Positions 52,608 through 61,645 of a DNA stretch of 64,000 nt are shown one piece after another (position 1 is the first letter of the stretch; each line of letters opens with the position of its first letter). A model generated the notes under the pieces. It was not told the origin of the DNA and made no database searches. It was given only the letters and a program-made list of their open reading frames with translations. The stretch is taken from the NCBI GenBank assembly GCA_023382335.1, contig JAMCPM010000019.1:446-64445 (forward strand), read 5' to 3'. Made by a program: the position numbers and the translations under genes. The stretch comes from Actinomycetota bacterium. Its GTDB lineage: Bacteria > Actinomycetota > Thermoleophilia > BMS3ABIN01.

Positions 52608-53759
52608 ATCAGGTTTAAGCTACACTCATTATCAGCAAAAAGCAGAGCCCCCTTCAACGCAACCCCAAATAACTCCCTCAGAAGGCTCACCGTCTTCCTA
52701 CTTTGTCTCCCCTTAATTTTCCTGATCGGTTTGATGGTATCAACTACCTTCGCTGGTGCCGATCCTGCGGGTGACATAGCGGCCAAGCAAACCCAGGCCG
52801 AATCGGTCAAGTCCCAGATCGCAAGCCTTAACGGAGAACTCGAAGCAAAGGTGGAGAGCTACAACGAGGCCAATATCCAGCTTGCCCAGATCAATGACAG
52901 GATCACGGACAATCAGGCCAAGCTTGACGCAGCCATCGTCCAACTGGGCGAGATGCAGGACCGCCTCGAGCAGCGTGTGGTCAAGATCTATCGCAACGGG
53001 GACGTCAATGTCCTCGATGTGCTTATGGATACCAGCGATCTCAATGAATTCCTGACGAAATACGACATGCTGACCAAGGTCGGCGAGCAGGACCGCGACG
53101 ACCTGGAGCAGGTCAAGATGCTGAAGGACCAGGTAGAGGAAGCAAAGGTTCAGCTTGCCAGCGATCAGTCTACCCAATCAGGCCTCGTCGATTCACTGGC
53201 CAGCGAGAAAGCTGACATCGAAGCAGGACTCGGCCAGAGGCAGCAGATGCTCTCAGGCATCGAAGGCGAGATCTCCCAGCTGCAGGCGCAGCAGCAGGCC
53301 CAGCAGGCGGCCGCACTCGCGGCGCAGCAGCAGGCGGCAGCAGCCGATAACAGCGGCGGTGGCGGCGGCGATGTCGGCGGGCGTGTAGGTCCGCTCAATC
53401 CTTCCACCGCGGGCGGAGTTGTCGGGATCGCCATGCAATATCTTGGTGTGCCTTATGTATGGGGCGGTGCTTCACCTTCCGGATTTGATTGCTCCGGCCT
53501 GGTGATGTACGTATATGCCCAGGTAGGCATCTCACTGCCGCACGGCGCCACAGCCCAATACGCAGCGGGCACGCCGATATCCTATGATGAGCTACAGCCT
53601 GGAGACCTGGTCTTCTTTGGCTCCGGCGGCGGCTACATGAGCCACGTCGGCATCTACATCGGCGGCGGTTCGATGATTCACGCACCGTTTGAAGGCACGG
53701 TTGTGCAGATCGGCTCCGTGAGTTCTGGCGGTACCTTCAGAGGCGCTGCCAGGTTCTAG
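52608..53759 (+). CDS. secreted NlpC/P60 peptidoglycan endopeptidase with CwlO/RipA-like coiled-coil N-domain; probable ATC start
   Basis: GVPYVWGGASPSGFDCSGLV...GDLVFF...HVGIYIG catalytic domain. Long coiled coil and a signal-like LCLPLIFLIGLMVSTTFAGA. AAAGGAGG at 52592-52599 lies 8 nt before in-frame ATC 52608. The first in-frame ATG falls after the hydrophobic signal. Confidence 0.8.
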   Translation: MRFKLHSLSAKSRAPFNATPNNSLRRLTVFLLCLPLIFLIGLMVSTTFAGADPAGDIAAKQTQAESVKSQIASLNGELEAKVESYNEANIQLAQINDRITDNQAKLDAAIVQLGEMQDRLEQRVVKIYRNGDVNVLDVLMDTSDLNEFLTKYDMLTKVGEQDRDDLEQVKMLKDQVEEAKVQLASDQSTQSGLVDSLASEKADIEAGLGQRQQMLSGIEGEISQLQAQQQAQQAAALAAQQQAAAADNSGGGGGDVGGRVGPLNPSTAGGVVGIAMQYLGVPYVWGGASPSGFDCSGLVMYVYAQVGISLPHGATAQYAAGTPISYDELQPGDLVFFGSGGGYMSHVGIYIGGGSMIHAPFEGTVVQIGSVSSGGTFRGAARF

Positions 53760-53780
53760 ACTGAAACCATATAGATATCA

Positions 53781-53812
53781 AAAGAGCCCGGTTGAGAGAT
53801 CGGGCTCTTTTT
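53781..53812 (+). terminator. rho-independent terminator
   Basis: AAAGAGCCCG-gttgagagat-CGGGCTCTTT followed by Ts. Confidence 0.85.
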
Positions 53813-53851
53813 AGTGGATAAAGGAAAAAGGTCCGAGGAAGGCTAGAGGTC

Positions 53852-55321
53852 TTGGTTGATATAAGCGAAGAAGGTCAGGTCAGGGTGAGGTTCGCTCCCA
53901 GCCCAACCGGGCATCTGCATGTCGGCGGCGCTCGAACCGCCCTCTACAACTGGCTCTATGCCAGAGGCAGCAGTGGAGATTTCGTGTTGCGCATCGAGGA
54001 CACAGATCTTTCCCGCTCGACCGATGAATCGATTCGCCAGATCGTATCGAGCCTGAGCTGGCTGGGCCTTGACTGGGATGAGGGCCCTGGAGCCGGAGGG
54101 CCGGCCGGCCCCTACCGTCAGATGGAGAGGATGGCGATCTATGAAGAGGTCGCCGGCCGTCTGCTTGACGAAGGCAAGGCATACCGCTGCTATTGCACAG
54201 CCGAAGAGCTGGAAGCATCCAGGGCGGAGGCAAAGGCCGCGGGGCGTGCCTTCGTTTACACGGGCCGCTGCCGCCAGCTAGAGCCCACTGACGAGCAGAG
54301 CATGATCGAGGCAGGGCGGAAGGCTGTCATCCGCCTGAAGACTCCCTCGAGCGGTACAACCGTCGTCAGGGACGGAATCAAAGGCAAGGTCGAGTTCGAC
54401 AACGCTCTCATCGGTGATTTCATCATCGTTCGCTCTTCCGGCGTACCCACATATAATTTCGCCGTCGCTGTCGACGACAATTGCATGCGGATCACTCACG
54501 TCATACGCGGCGACGACCATCTGCCGAATACTCCCCGTCAGCTGATCCTCTTCGAGGCGATGGGGAAGACTCCCCCGATATATGCGCATCTGCCGTTGAT
54601 CCTCGGACCGGACCGGACGCCTCTTTCAAAGCGGCATGGCGCCTCATCGGTAGAAGAATTCCGTTCGCGAGGCTATGTGCGCGAGGCGCTATGCAATTAT
54701 CTGGCGCTGCTGGGCTGGAGTTTCGACGCCGAGACAACTCTCTTCAGCGTCGAAGAGCTGATCGAAAAATTCTCGCTGGAGAGGGTTGGAAACACGGCGG
54801 CTGTTTTTGACACGGAAAAACTTCTGTGGATGAACGGTCAGTACATAAGATTGCTGGAACCGCGGGAGCTGGCGTCGCGTATCGAGGAATTCCTCGAAGG
54901 AACGCCTCTGGCAGGACTGCCCGGGAAAGACGGCAGGCCCACCGTGTTGGAACTGGTGCCTCTGGTCCAGGAGAAGATGAAAACGCTTGTAGACTTCGGG
55001 GAACTCACGGACTTCTTCTTCCTCCCCCTGGAGTTTGAGGAACAGGCGATGCAGAAGTTGAAGAAAGATGACAATGCCCCACGGGTACTTGCCGCGGCCA
55101 TCGAAGCCCTGCGTGAGCTCGAGCCCTACACCCGTGAAGTGATTGAGCAAAAGGTGAGGGAGACCGCGGATGCGCTCGATCTTAAGCTCGGGAAGTTCCT
55201 GCAGCCTATCCGCATCGCCTTGAGCGGCAAGACGGTTACGCCGGGCATGTTCGAGACGCTGGCGATGCTCGGACGTGACGAGAGTATAAGACGGCTTGGC
55301 GATGCAGCCGCCGTGCTGTGA
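53852..55321 (+). CDS. gltX: glutamate--tRNA ligase
   Basis: VRVRFAPSPTGHLHVGGARTALYNW (HIGH) and LSKRHG (KMSKS). Exact start (TTG/GTG) uncertain. Confidence 0.94.
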   Translation: MVDISEEGQVRVRFAPSPTGHLHVGGARTALYNWLYARGSSGDFVLRIEDTDLSRSTDESIRQIVSSLSWLGLDWDEGPGAGGPAGPYRQMERMAIYEEVAGRLLDEGKAYRCYCTAEELEASRAEAKAAGRAFVYTGRCRQLEPTDEQSMIEAGRKAVIRLKTPSSGTTVVRDGIKGKVEFDNALIGDFIIVRSSGVPTYNFAVAVDDNCMRITHVIRGDDHLPNTPRQLILFEAMGKTPPIYAHLPLILGPDRTPLSKRHGASSVEEFRSRGYVREALCNYLALLGWSFDAETTLFSVEELIEKFSLERVGNTAAVFDTEKLLWMNGQYIRLLEPRELASRIEEFLEGTPLAGLPGKDGRPTVLELVPLVQEKMKTLVDFGELTDFFFLPLEFEEQAMQKLKKDDNAPRVLAAAIEALRELEPYTREVIEQKVRETADALDLKLGKFLQPIRIALSGKTVTPGMFETLAMLGRDESIRRLGDAAAVL

Positions 55322-55338
55322 AATGCTTAAGTCGTTTT

Positions 55339-55361
55339 TTGCCAAGCGCTTGGCAATTTTT
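55339..55361 (+). terminator. rho-independent terminator (palindrome TTGCCAAGCGCTTGGCAA + T5)
   Basis: 7-bp stem, GCGC loop. T-runs on both sides, so possibly bidirectional. Confidence 0.7.
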
Positions 55362-55429
55362 CGCGGCCCGCAGATTGAATCTGGCCACCTCAGGGTAAAT
55401 CAGAATATTATCCGGTTTTACTGGGAGGT

Positions 55430-56635
55430 ATGATCGTGGCGCCGATTCAGCTCAAAGAAGGAATCTATTGGGTGGGAGTTGTGGATTGGGACATCCGGGA
55501 TTTTCACGGCCTCTCCACCGATGCAGGCAGCTCCTACAATGCCTATCTCGTCGTTGATGAAAAGATTGCCCTGATCGATGCAGCCGATCCTGCCGGCGGC
55601 GCTGGCACCCTCTTGCGCCATATCGCCGAGATTGTTGACCCAGCGACGATCAACTACGTTATCTCAAATCATTCCGAACCGGATCACTCTGGCGCCCTTT
55701 CGGAGGTCATGAAGGTCGCAACCCAAGCCACACTCCTTGCCAGCAAAGACGGCGTTAAGCGGCTGGGCCAGATGTACCATCAGGAATGGAGTTTCAGGGA
55801 AGTGGGGGATGGCGAGAAGCTGTCTTTGGGCAAGCGCACGCTAAAATTCTTCAACACGCCCCTGCTGCACTGGCCGGAGACGATGTTCACATACTGCCCT
55901 GAAGAAAAAATTCTCTTCAGCTGTGACGCTTTCGGCTCGCATGTCGCCAGCACCGAACGCTTTGTCGACGAGGTCGGCACCGATCTTGTGTTGCCGCATC
56001 TGCGAAAGTACTATGCTTTCCTGCTCGCCTGTTTCCGCAAGGCCGTCCTGGGGGCGATGGACAAGGTCAAGGATCTGGAGATCGACATGATTGGCCCTTC
56101 TCACGGGCCGGTGTGGCGTCGGGACATCGATATACTTTTCAGGCATTACCGCAGTTGGGCCACCCTGGAAGTCGCGGACAAGGCCACGATCGTTTACGGA
56201 ACCATGTGGGGCGCTACACAGACCATGGTCGGCGCTGTCGCTGACGGTCTCAAGGCGGGCGGCCTCGAATGCAGGGCCTGGAACGTGAAGAATACCGACG
56301 CCAGCGACATCGTCTCGGATCTGCTGGATAGCCGGCTTATACTGATGGCGTCGCCGACGTTTGTCAGCGGCATCTATCCTCCGATCGAAGCGTTCATACC
56401 TTATCTGCGAATCCCCAGGGATAAGACCAAGAAGCTGGCCGTGTTCGGTTCCTTCGGCTGGAGTGGGGGAGCCACGCGCAAGCTTACGGAGATCCTGAGG
56501 GCTGAAGGGTATGAGGTCATGGACGATGCCCTGCAGCAGCGGTTCTTCCCGGGGGTTGATGAGGTCCGGGAGTGTTACGAGTTCGGCCGCGGCGCTGCTG
56601 AGTGGGCAAGAGGGAAAGAAAGTGCTAGCGCATAG
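55430..56635 (+). CDS. flavodiiron protein (FprA-type, MBL + flavodoxin domains)
   Basis: NAYLVVDEKIALIDA...NHSEPDHSGAL di-iron site, and a C-terminal flavodoxin-like domain (LAVFGSFGWSGGA). Confidence 0.9.
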   Translation: MIVAPIQLKEGIYWVGVVDWDIRDFHGLSTDAGSSYNAYLVVDEKIALIDAADPAGGAGTLLRHIAEIVDPATINYVISNHSEPDHSGALSEVMKVATQATLLASKDGVKRLGQMYHQEWSFREVGDGEKLSLGKRTLKFFNTPLLHWPETMFTYCPEEKILFSCDAFGSHVASTERFVDEVGTDLVLPHLRKYYAFLLACFRKAVLGAMDKVKDLEIDMIGPSHGPVWRRDIDILFRHYRSWATLEVADKATIVYGTMWGATQTMVGAVADGLKAGGLECRAWNVKNTDASDIVSDLLDSRLILMASPTFVSGIYPPIEAFIPYLRIPRDKTKKLAVFGSFGWSGGATRKLTEILRAEGYEVMDDALQQRFFPGVDEVRECYEFGRGAAEWARGKESASA

Positions 56636-56660
56636 GGGAGAGCTTGAACCTGAAAGAAAG

Positions 56661-56736
56661 TGGTAGCGCATAGGGGATTTGAACCCCTGCTACCGCCGTG
56701 AGAGGGCGGCGTCCTAGGCCACTAGACGAATGCGCC
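56661..56736 (-). tRNA. tRNA-Glu (CTC)
   Basis: Reverse complement GGCGCATTCGTCTAGTGGCCTAGGACGCCGCCCTCTCACGGCGG...GGGGTTCAAATCCCCTATGCGCTACCA. Anticodon loop CTCTCAC. Very similar to E. coli tRNA-Glu. Confidence 0.93.
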
Positions 56737-56758
56737 GTATAAAACCAGCCCGGACATT

Positions 56759-57565
56759 TTACACAGCGACGTCGCGCCTTTCAAATCGCACTACGGCGGC
56801 GGCTGTGCTGACAAGCACGATTCCCGTCAGAATCGCCAGATCCACCCAGGCGAAATCGACATTATGCAGATAGCGGTACGGGTCCCAGTAATAGAACAAC
56901 GAGAGAAAGTGCACATGGCTGATGGTGTCGTTGAGCTTGGCCAGAATGTCCAGCGCATAGGAAAAGATGATTATCCCCAGCGAGACGAAGATCGCCACGC
57001 CCCTCGTATTGAAAATGGTAGAGAAAAAGAACGTCAGCGAGCCGATGGCTGAAAAGAACAGGAAAGCCGGCAGGATGAAAGCGAGCAGGCCGGTGAAATT
57101 AAAATTGTCAGCCACCAACGGAGCGCCGATGGCTATGGGCGCGAACGTGGCTGCGATCAGAAACATGGTGCCAAGCTCAAAGAACATGTGGCGTGTGACC
57201 AGAACGGCGCGGCGCGAGACCGGCTGAGCCAGAAGAAGCTCCATCGTCCCCTTTTCAATCTCGAGTGCGATGGCGCCGGTAGCGATGCTGACGCAGAATG
57301 CGGTCATCACAACGACCCACATCTGGTTGAAGTATTCAACCGAGAGGAACCCGTCAAAGGTCGAGAAGGTAAGGCTCTCGCCTCCGAAGGCCTTTCTGAT
57401 GCTCTCCGGATAGCTTTCCCAGAGCTGGTTGAGCGTGTTGACGTTTTCTTTCAGGGACGGCCAGATGGCCACTACGAAGATCGCATAGGCAGCGACGCCC
57501 AGAGCGTATACCAGGATGGAAATGCGTTTGTCGGCGATGGTTCGTCTCAGCAGGTTCAGGTTCAT
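56759..57565 (-). CDS. ABC-2 type transporter permease
   Basis: Six hydrophobic helices. ATG 57565 forms an ATGA overlap with the ATPase stop. The track's 373-aa version adds an Arg/Pro-rich non-coding-looking extension. Confidence 0.8.
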   Translation of the reverse strand: MNLNLLRRTIADKRISILVYALGVAAYAIFVVAIWPSLKENVNTLNQLWESYPESIRKAFGGESLTFSTFDGFLSVEYFNQMWVVVMTAFCVSIATGAIALEIEKGTMELLLAQPVSRRAVLVTRHMFFELGTMFLIAATFAPIAIGAPLVADNFNFTGLLAFILPAFLFFSAIGSLTFFFSTIFNTRGVAIFVSLGIIIFSYALDILAKLNDTISHVHFLSLFYYWDPYRYLHNVDFAWVDLAILTGIVLVSTAAAVVRFERRDVAV

Positions 57566-58479
57566 GACCGTTCCTCGCCGCCTTCCTGCCCGTAGAAGCT
57601 CATAAAGAAATCCTCCAGGCTGGGCTGGGCAAACGTCAGGTCTTCGACCGGGTGATTCGCTATCTGTTTGATCAGAGAGTCGATGTCGCCCTTGATGGTG
57701 ATCCTCATATGGCTGTTTAGCTCCTGTACCGCCAGGACCTGCGGCAGCCGCTCGAACTCCTCCGGAGGCACGTGGTCGCGGAAGACAACGTCCATGTGAC
57801 GGATCTTGTTCTGGCGCAACTCTTCGATGGCGCGCACATCCACCAGGCGACCCTGCCTGACGATACCGACGCGGTCGCACGCGCGCTCGATCTCGGAAAG
57901 GATATGCGAGGAGAGAAAAACCGTGTGGCCGCGGTTCCTGAATTCCCCCAGGATGGTATAGAACTCCTGCTGCATCAGCGGGTCGAGCCCGAGGGTAGGC
58001 TCGTCGAGGATAAGGAGTTCGGGGTCGTGCATCATTGCCACGACGATCGCGACTTTTTGCCGGTTTCCGCGCGAAAGTGATTTGACCTTCTTGTTGACAT
58101 CAAGGTCGAGCCTTTCTATCAGCTCGCCGCGGAGGGGATCGGGTCCAGGCCGGTAGCGGTCAATATAATCGATGAGATCGTGGACGTGCATGTTCTCATA
58201 CAGGTTGACGTCACCAGGTATGTTGCCGACGTGCATCTTGATCTGGACCGACTGGCTCCAGGCATCCAGGCCCAGCACTGAAGCGCTCCCGGCGGTAGGC
58301 TTAAGGAAGCCCATGAGCAGTCTGATGGTGGTGGTCTTGCCGGCGCCGTTGGGACCCAGAAAGCCAAAGATCTCGCCGTGGCCGATCTCGAGGTTGAGGC
58401 CTTCGATGCCGCGGTTCGGCCCGTAGAATTTGGTCAGGCCGCTGCAGACAATATTTGGCCGGTCGTCATTTAGGCTCAT
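57562..58479 (-). CDS. ABC transporter ATP-binding protein
   Basis: Walker A GPNGAGKTTT, signature LSRGNRQKV, Walker B LLILDEPT. Confidence 0.93.
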   Translation of the reverse strand: MSLNDDRPNIVCSGLTKFYGPNRGIEGLNLEIGHGEIFGFLGPNGAGKTTTIRLLMGFLKPTAGSASVLGLDAWSQSVQIKMHVGNIPGDVNLYENMHVHDLIDYIDRYRPGPDPLRGELIERLDLDVNKKVKSLSRGNRQKVAIVVAMMHDPELLILDEPTLGLDPLMQQEFYTILGEFRNRGHTVFLSSHILSEIERACDRVGIVRQGRLVDVRAIEELRQNKIRHMDVVFRDHVPPEEFERLPQVLAVQELNSHMRITIKGDIDSLIKQIANHPVEDLTFAQPSLEDFFMSFYGQEGGEERS

Positions 58480-58577
58480 GGCAGATGCAGGTCTTTCATC
58501 GATGGCCGTAATCTACCCGGGTCGGCAGGATGCCAAGCCTTGCCGGTGGAGCATTTTAAGAGAGTGGTGAAGAGAGC

Positions 58578-58651
58578 TGGCTGAGGCGGGAGAATTCGAA
58601 CCTCCACCGGCGGATCCAGAATCCCCCCTTCTACCATTAGACGACGCCTCA
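58578..58651 (-). tRNA. tRNA-Gln (CTG)
   Basis: Reverse complement TGAGGCG...GGATTCTGGATCC...GGTTCGAATTCTCCCGCCTCAGCCA. U1-A72 pair and TTCTGGA loop as in Gln tRNAs. One mismatch in the anticodon stem. Confidence 0.8.
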
Positions 58652-58807
58652 TAACTGGCGGCGAATAGCTTAACACAGGACGATTGCGGCTGCCAGGGAG
58701 CGGTGGACGGCAGGGTGCCAGGTCAAGAATGATGCTGGATTTCCGAAGAAATTCATAGGAGGCAATTCCCCAGTGGCTGGCATATCCGGACCGGGAGGCA
58801 AATTCTG

Positions 58808-59905
58808 ATGAAAAACATCGATGTATTATTGCAGGCAATGGTGCAGCGTGGAGCGTCCGACCTGCATCTGAAATCCGGCAGTCCGCCGGTAATACGTGTT
58901 GACGGGGAGCTCTACTCGTTGGGTGAAGAGGAAATCACGCCGGAGGGCATGAAGGAATACGCAGCCTCGGTGATGACCGACAAGCAAATTGCCATCTTTT
59001 CCGATCAGAACGAAATCGATTTCGCGTACGGAGTCCAGGATGTGGGCCGTTTTCGCGTTAACATCTTCCGGCAGCGCGGCAGCATCAGCATCGCCATGCG
59101 GCAGGTGGTCAGCAAGATCCCCGGATTCGATGAGCTGAACCTGCCATTGGTTTTGCAGCGCCTTTCGCTAGAGCCCAGGGGCCTGATACTGGTAACAGGC
59201 ACCACCGGCAGCGGCAAGACGACAACATTAGCGGCAATGATCGATTATATCAATTCCAATATACGCCGCCATATCGTCACGGTTGAAGACCCGATAGAAA
59301 TCCTTCACAGCGATAAAAAATCGATGATCAACCAGCGCGAGATCGGAATCGACACTCGCAGTTATTCGACCGCTTTGAAATACGTACTGCGACAGGACCC
59401 CGATGTGATCTTCATCGGTGAGATGCGTGACCTGGAAACAGTGCGCACGGCCATGACCGCTGCGCAGACAGGCCACTTGGTCCTGAGCACTCTACATACG
59501 ATCGATGTCAGTGAGACCATAAACCGTATCATTGACTTCTTCCCCTTGCATCAACAGAAGCAGGTGAGGATTCTGCTCGCCGGTTCTCTGCGCGGGATCA
59601 TCTCCCAGCGGCTGCTGCCGCGAGCCGACGGCAAGGGGCGAGTGCCGGCGCTCGAGCTGATGATCATGACCAAGAGGATCAGAGACCTGGTTCTTGATCC
59701 TGAGCACACGCACAAGATCGAAGACGCTATACGCGAAGGCGATTACTACGGCATGCAGACCTTCGATCAATCGCTCCTGTCACTCTATAGCAGGGGTTTG
59801 GTAACGCTGCAGGATGCCGTACAGGTTGCATCCAATCCACATGATTTCAAACTCATGGCCCAGCAGGAAGGCTATGACGTCTCGCTGATAAGCGGCGTGG
59901 TGTAA
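58808..59905 (+). CDS. pilT: type IV pilus retraction ATPase PilT-family
   Basis: ASDLHLKSGSPPVIRVDGEL, Walker A GTTGSGKTTT, and GEMRDLET / HLVLSTLHT motifs. Confidence 0.9.
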   Translation: MKNIDVLLQAMVQRGASDLHLKSGSPPVIRVDGELYSLGEEEITPEGMKEYAASVMTDKQIAIFSDQNEIDFAYGVQDVGRFRVNIFRQRGSISIAMRQVVSKIPGFDELNLPLVLQRLSLEPRGLILVTGTTGSGKTTTLAAMIDYINSNIRRHIVTVEDPIEILHSDKKSMINQREIGIDTRSYSTALKYVLRQDPDVIFIGEMRDLETVRTAMTAAQTGHLVLSTLHTIDVSETINRIIDFFPLHQQKQVRILLAGSLRGIISQRLLPRADGKGRVPALELMIMTKRIRDLVLDPEHTHKIEDAIREGDYYGMQTFDQSLLSLYSRGLVTLQDAVQVASNPHDFKLMAQQEGYDVSLISGVV

Positions 59906-59926
59906 GGGATCAAGGGAACTGAAAAA

Positions 59927-59958
59927 GGGGACCCACCAGGGGTGGGGGTCCCTTTTTT
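59927..59958 (+). terminator. rho-independent terminator
   Basis: GGGGACCCACC-agg-GGTGGGGGTCCC followed by T6. Confidence 0.85.
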
Positions 59959-60016
59959 GTGCGAAATAAACCTTAGGCTATACAGGCGCTGCTGCGTAAA
60001 GTGAAGGGCTTTCGTG

Positions 60017-61645
60017 CTACAATATCGAGCGGTGCCGGGGTCGATTGCCGGTTCCTGAAGCATTTATTCCCGACGTCGGGGTGTGGCTCAGCCTGGTAGA
60101 GCGCACGGTTCGGGACCGTGAGGCCGGCGGTTCAAATCCGCCCACCCCGACCAAACTTGACTTATTCAAACTATCGCCAGTAAAAAGCTCGTGGAAGAGA
60201 TCGCTGTATTCAGGGTCTTTTAATTTCTCGTCAATGTCGCCGACGAATATTTTGTCAAAGAAGGTCTGATTCAATAGCCGCCTGTTGTCAGGCTGGGCCT
60301 TTAGATAAGCCTCGTGGCAGTTTCCGGCTAGGTCTATGGCTCTTTCCAGGAGCTCCTGTACATTCTCATGCTTGCCATCTAGGATTTTTAGATTCTCTTC
60401 GCAATCAGTGATTTCATTAACCAGCCGTTCCTGTTCGCCCTTCAAAATATCGATAGCAATGGCTTCGGCGTAATATGCTTCAACTAACTTGTATCTCTTA
60501 TCTGTCAATTCATCAATTTTCTTGGTCAGCCTTTTTCTTTGCAGGATTGAAGAAGCGGATTGATTGACTATCTCCTCTTCCAGCTTTACTTTCAGCTCTT
60601 TAACTGTTTCCGGTGGAAGCTGGATGTTCTTGTATAGGTCCTCGATCTTCTTTTCCACCCACAGGGCGTCAACGTATTTCTGGGAGCAGCCGTTATGGCG
60701 TTTCTGGCCCAAGCAGTAGAAATAAGGATACTTACCCTTGGCTAGCAGGAAGGAAAGTCTCGAACCGCATTCAGCACAGTAGATGGTGCCCTTTAGATAA
60801 TGAGGATGTTTTCTCTTTCTCACCCCAGCCTGGTCCCGGCTTCTTAGCATCTGTCGCACTCTCTCAAACTGTGCCGGTTCGACAATCGGTTCATGCAGGC
60901 CCGGATACTCGACGTTCCGGTATCTGACAGTCCCCATATAGAACCTGTTTTGGAGCAGCGAGGCGATTGATGACTTACAGAACTCAGGATAAGGCCGCTT
61001 TTTTGAAAAGCTGTTTCTCAGTCCCTTCTTGGCCATTATCTTTTGAATCTCAGCCAACGAGTAATTGCCGGTAGCGTAGAGATCGAAGCATTCTTTAACC
61101 AGCGGGGCCATATCCTCATCAAGTATTACTCTGGCGATGCTTTTGCCCTCGATTGTGTCTCTGACGTTTTTGTAGCCGACCGGGGCTCTTGTAACCATTC
61201 CGCCCGACTTGGCTTTTTGAAGAAGACCTTTTTTCACTTCCGCTGACAAATTAGCGGAGTAGAACTCAGCCATAAGAGCATGAATGCCCTCCACGAAGTG
61301 TCCAGAGGCTGAGTCTTCGATATTTTCAACCACCGACACCAGCTGCGCTCCGGAGCGCGTTAAAACGGCTTTGATGGCCACATGGTCCGACATATTCCTG
61401 GCCAGGCGGTCAATCTTATGGATTATTACAGCGTCGATATCTTTCTTCTTTATCCTTGAGAGCATTTCCTGAAGCTGAGGGCGGGCTGTGCTTCTTGCCG
61501 ATTCGCCCCTGTCGGCGTACTCATCAATGAGCATCCAGCCATTTTCCCGGATGAGCTTCATGCAGGCTTCACGCTGGGCGGGAATGGAATAGCCGCCTTC
61601 GGCCTGTTCCCGGGTAGATACTCTAAGGTAGATAACACATCTCAT
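60017..61645 (-). CDS. large serine recombinase (integrase)
   Basis: Resolvase catalytic domain YLRVSTREQ...IDRLARN, recombinase domain, zinc ribbon CAECGSRL...YFYCLGQKRHNGC, and a coiled coil. The last ~46 codons are antisense to tRNA-Pro and its 5' flank. Confidence 0.9.
   Translation of the reverse strand: MRCVIYLRVSTREQAEGGYSIPAQREACMKLIRENGWMLIDEYADRGESARSTARPQLQEMLSRIKKKDIDAVIIHKIDRLARNMSDHVAIKAVLTRSGAQLVSVVENIEDSASGHFVEGIHALMAEFYSANLSAEVKKGLLQKAKSGGMVTRAPVGYKNVRDTIEGKSIARVILDEDMAPLVKECFDLYATGNYSLAEIQKIMAKKGLRNSFSKKRPYPEFCKSSIASLLQNRFYMGTVRYRNVEYPGLHEPIVEPAQFERVRQMLRSRDQAGVRKRKHPHYLKGTIYCAECGSRLSFLLAKGKYPYFYCLGQKRHNGCSQKYVDALWVEKKIEDLYKNIQLPPETVKELKVKLEEEIVNQSASSILQRKRLTKKIDELTDKRYKLVEAYYAEAIAIDILKGEQERLVNEITDCEENLKILDGKHENVQELLERAIDLAGNCHEAYLKAQPDNRRLLNQTFFDKIFVGDIDEKLKDPEYSDLFHELFTGDSLNKSSLVGVGGFEPPASRSRTVRSTRLSHTPTSGINASGTGNRPRHRSIL
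60077..60153 (+). tRNA. tRNA-Pro (CGG)
   Basis: Acceptor CGGGGTG/CACCCCG, anticodon stem-loop CACGG-TTCGGGA-CCGTG, GGTTCAAATCC T-loop, encoded CCA. Confidence 0.95.

Noticed and set aside
58476-58838. 120-aa minus-strand ORF.
   Set aside because: It runs straight through tRNA-Gln, and part of it is the translated tRNA sequence.
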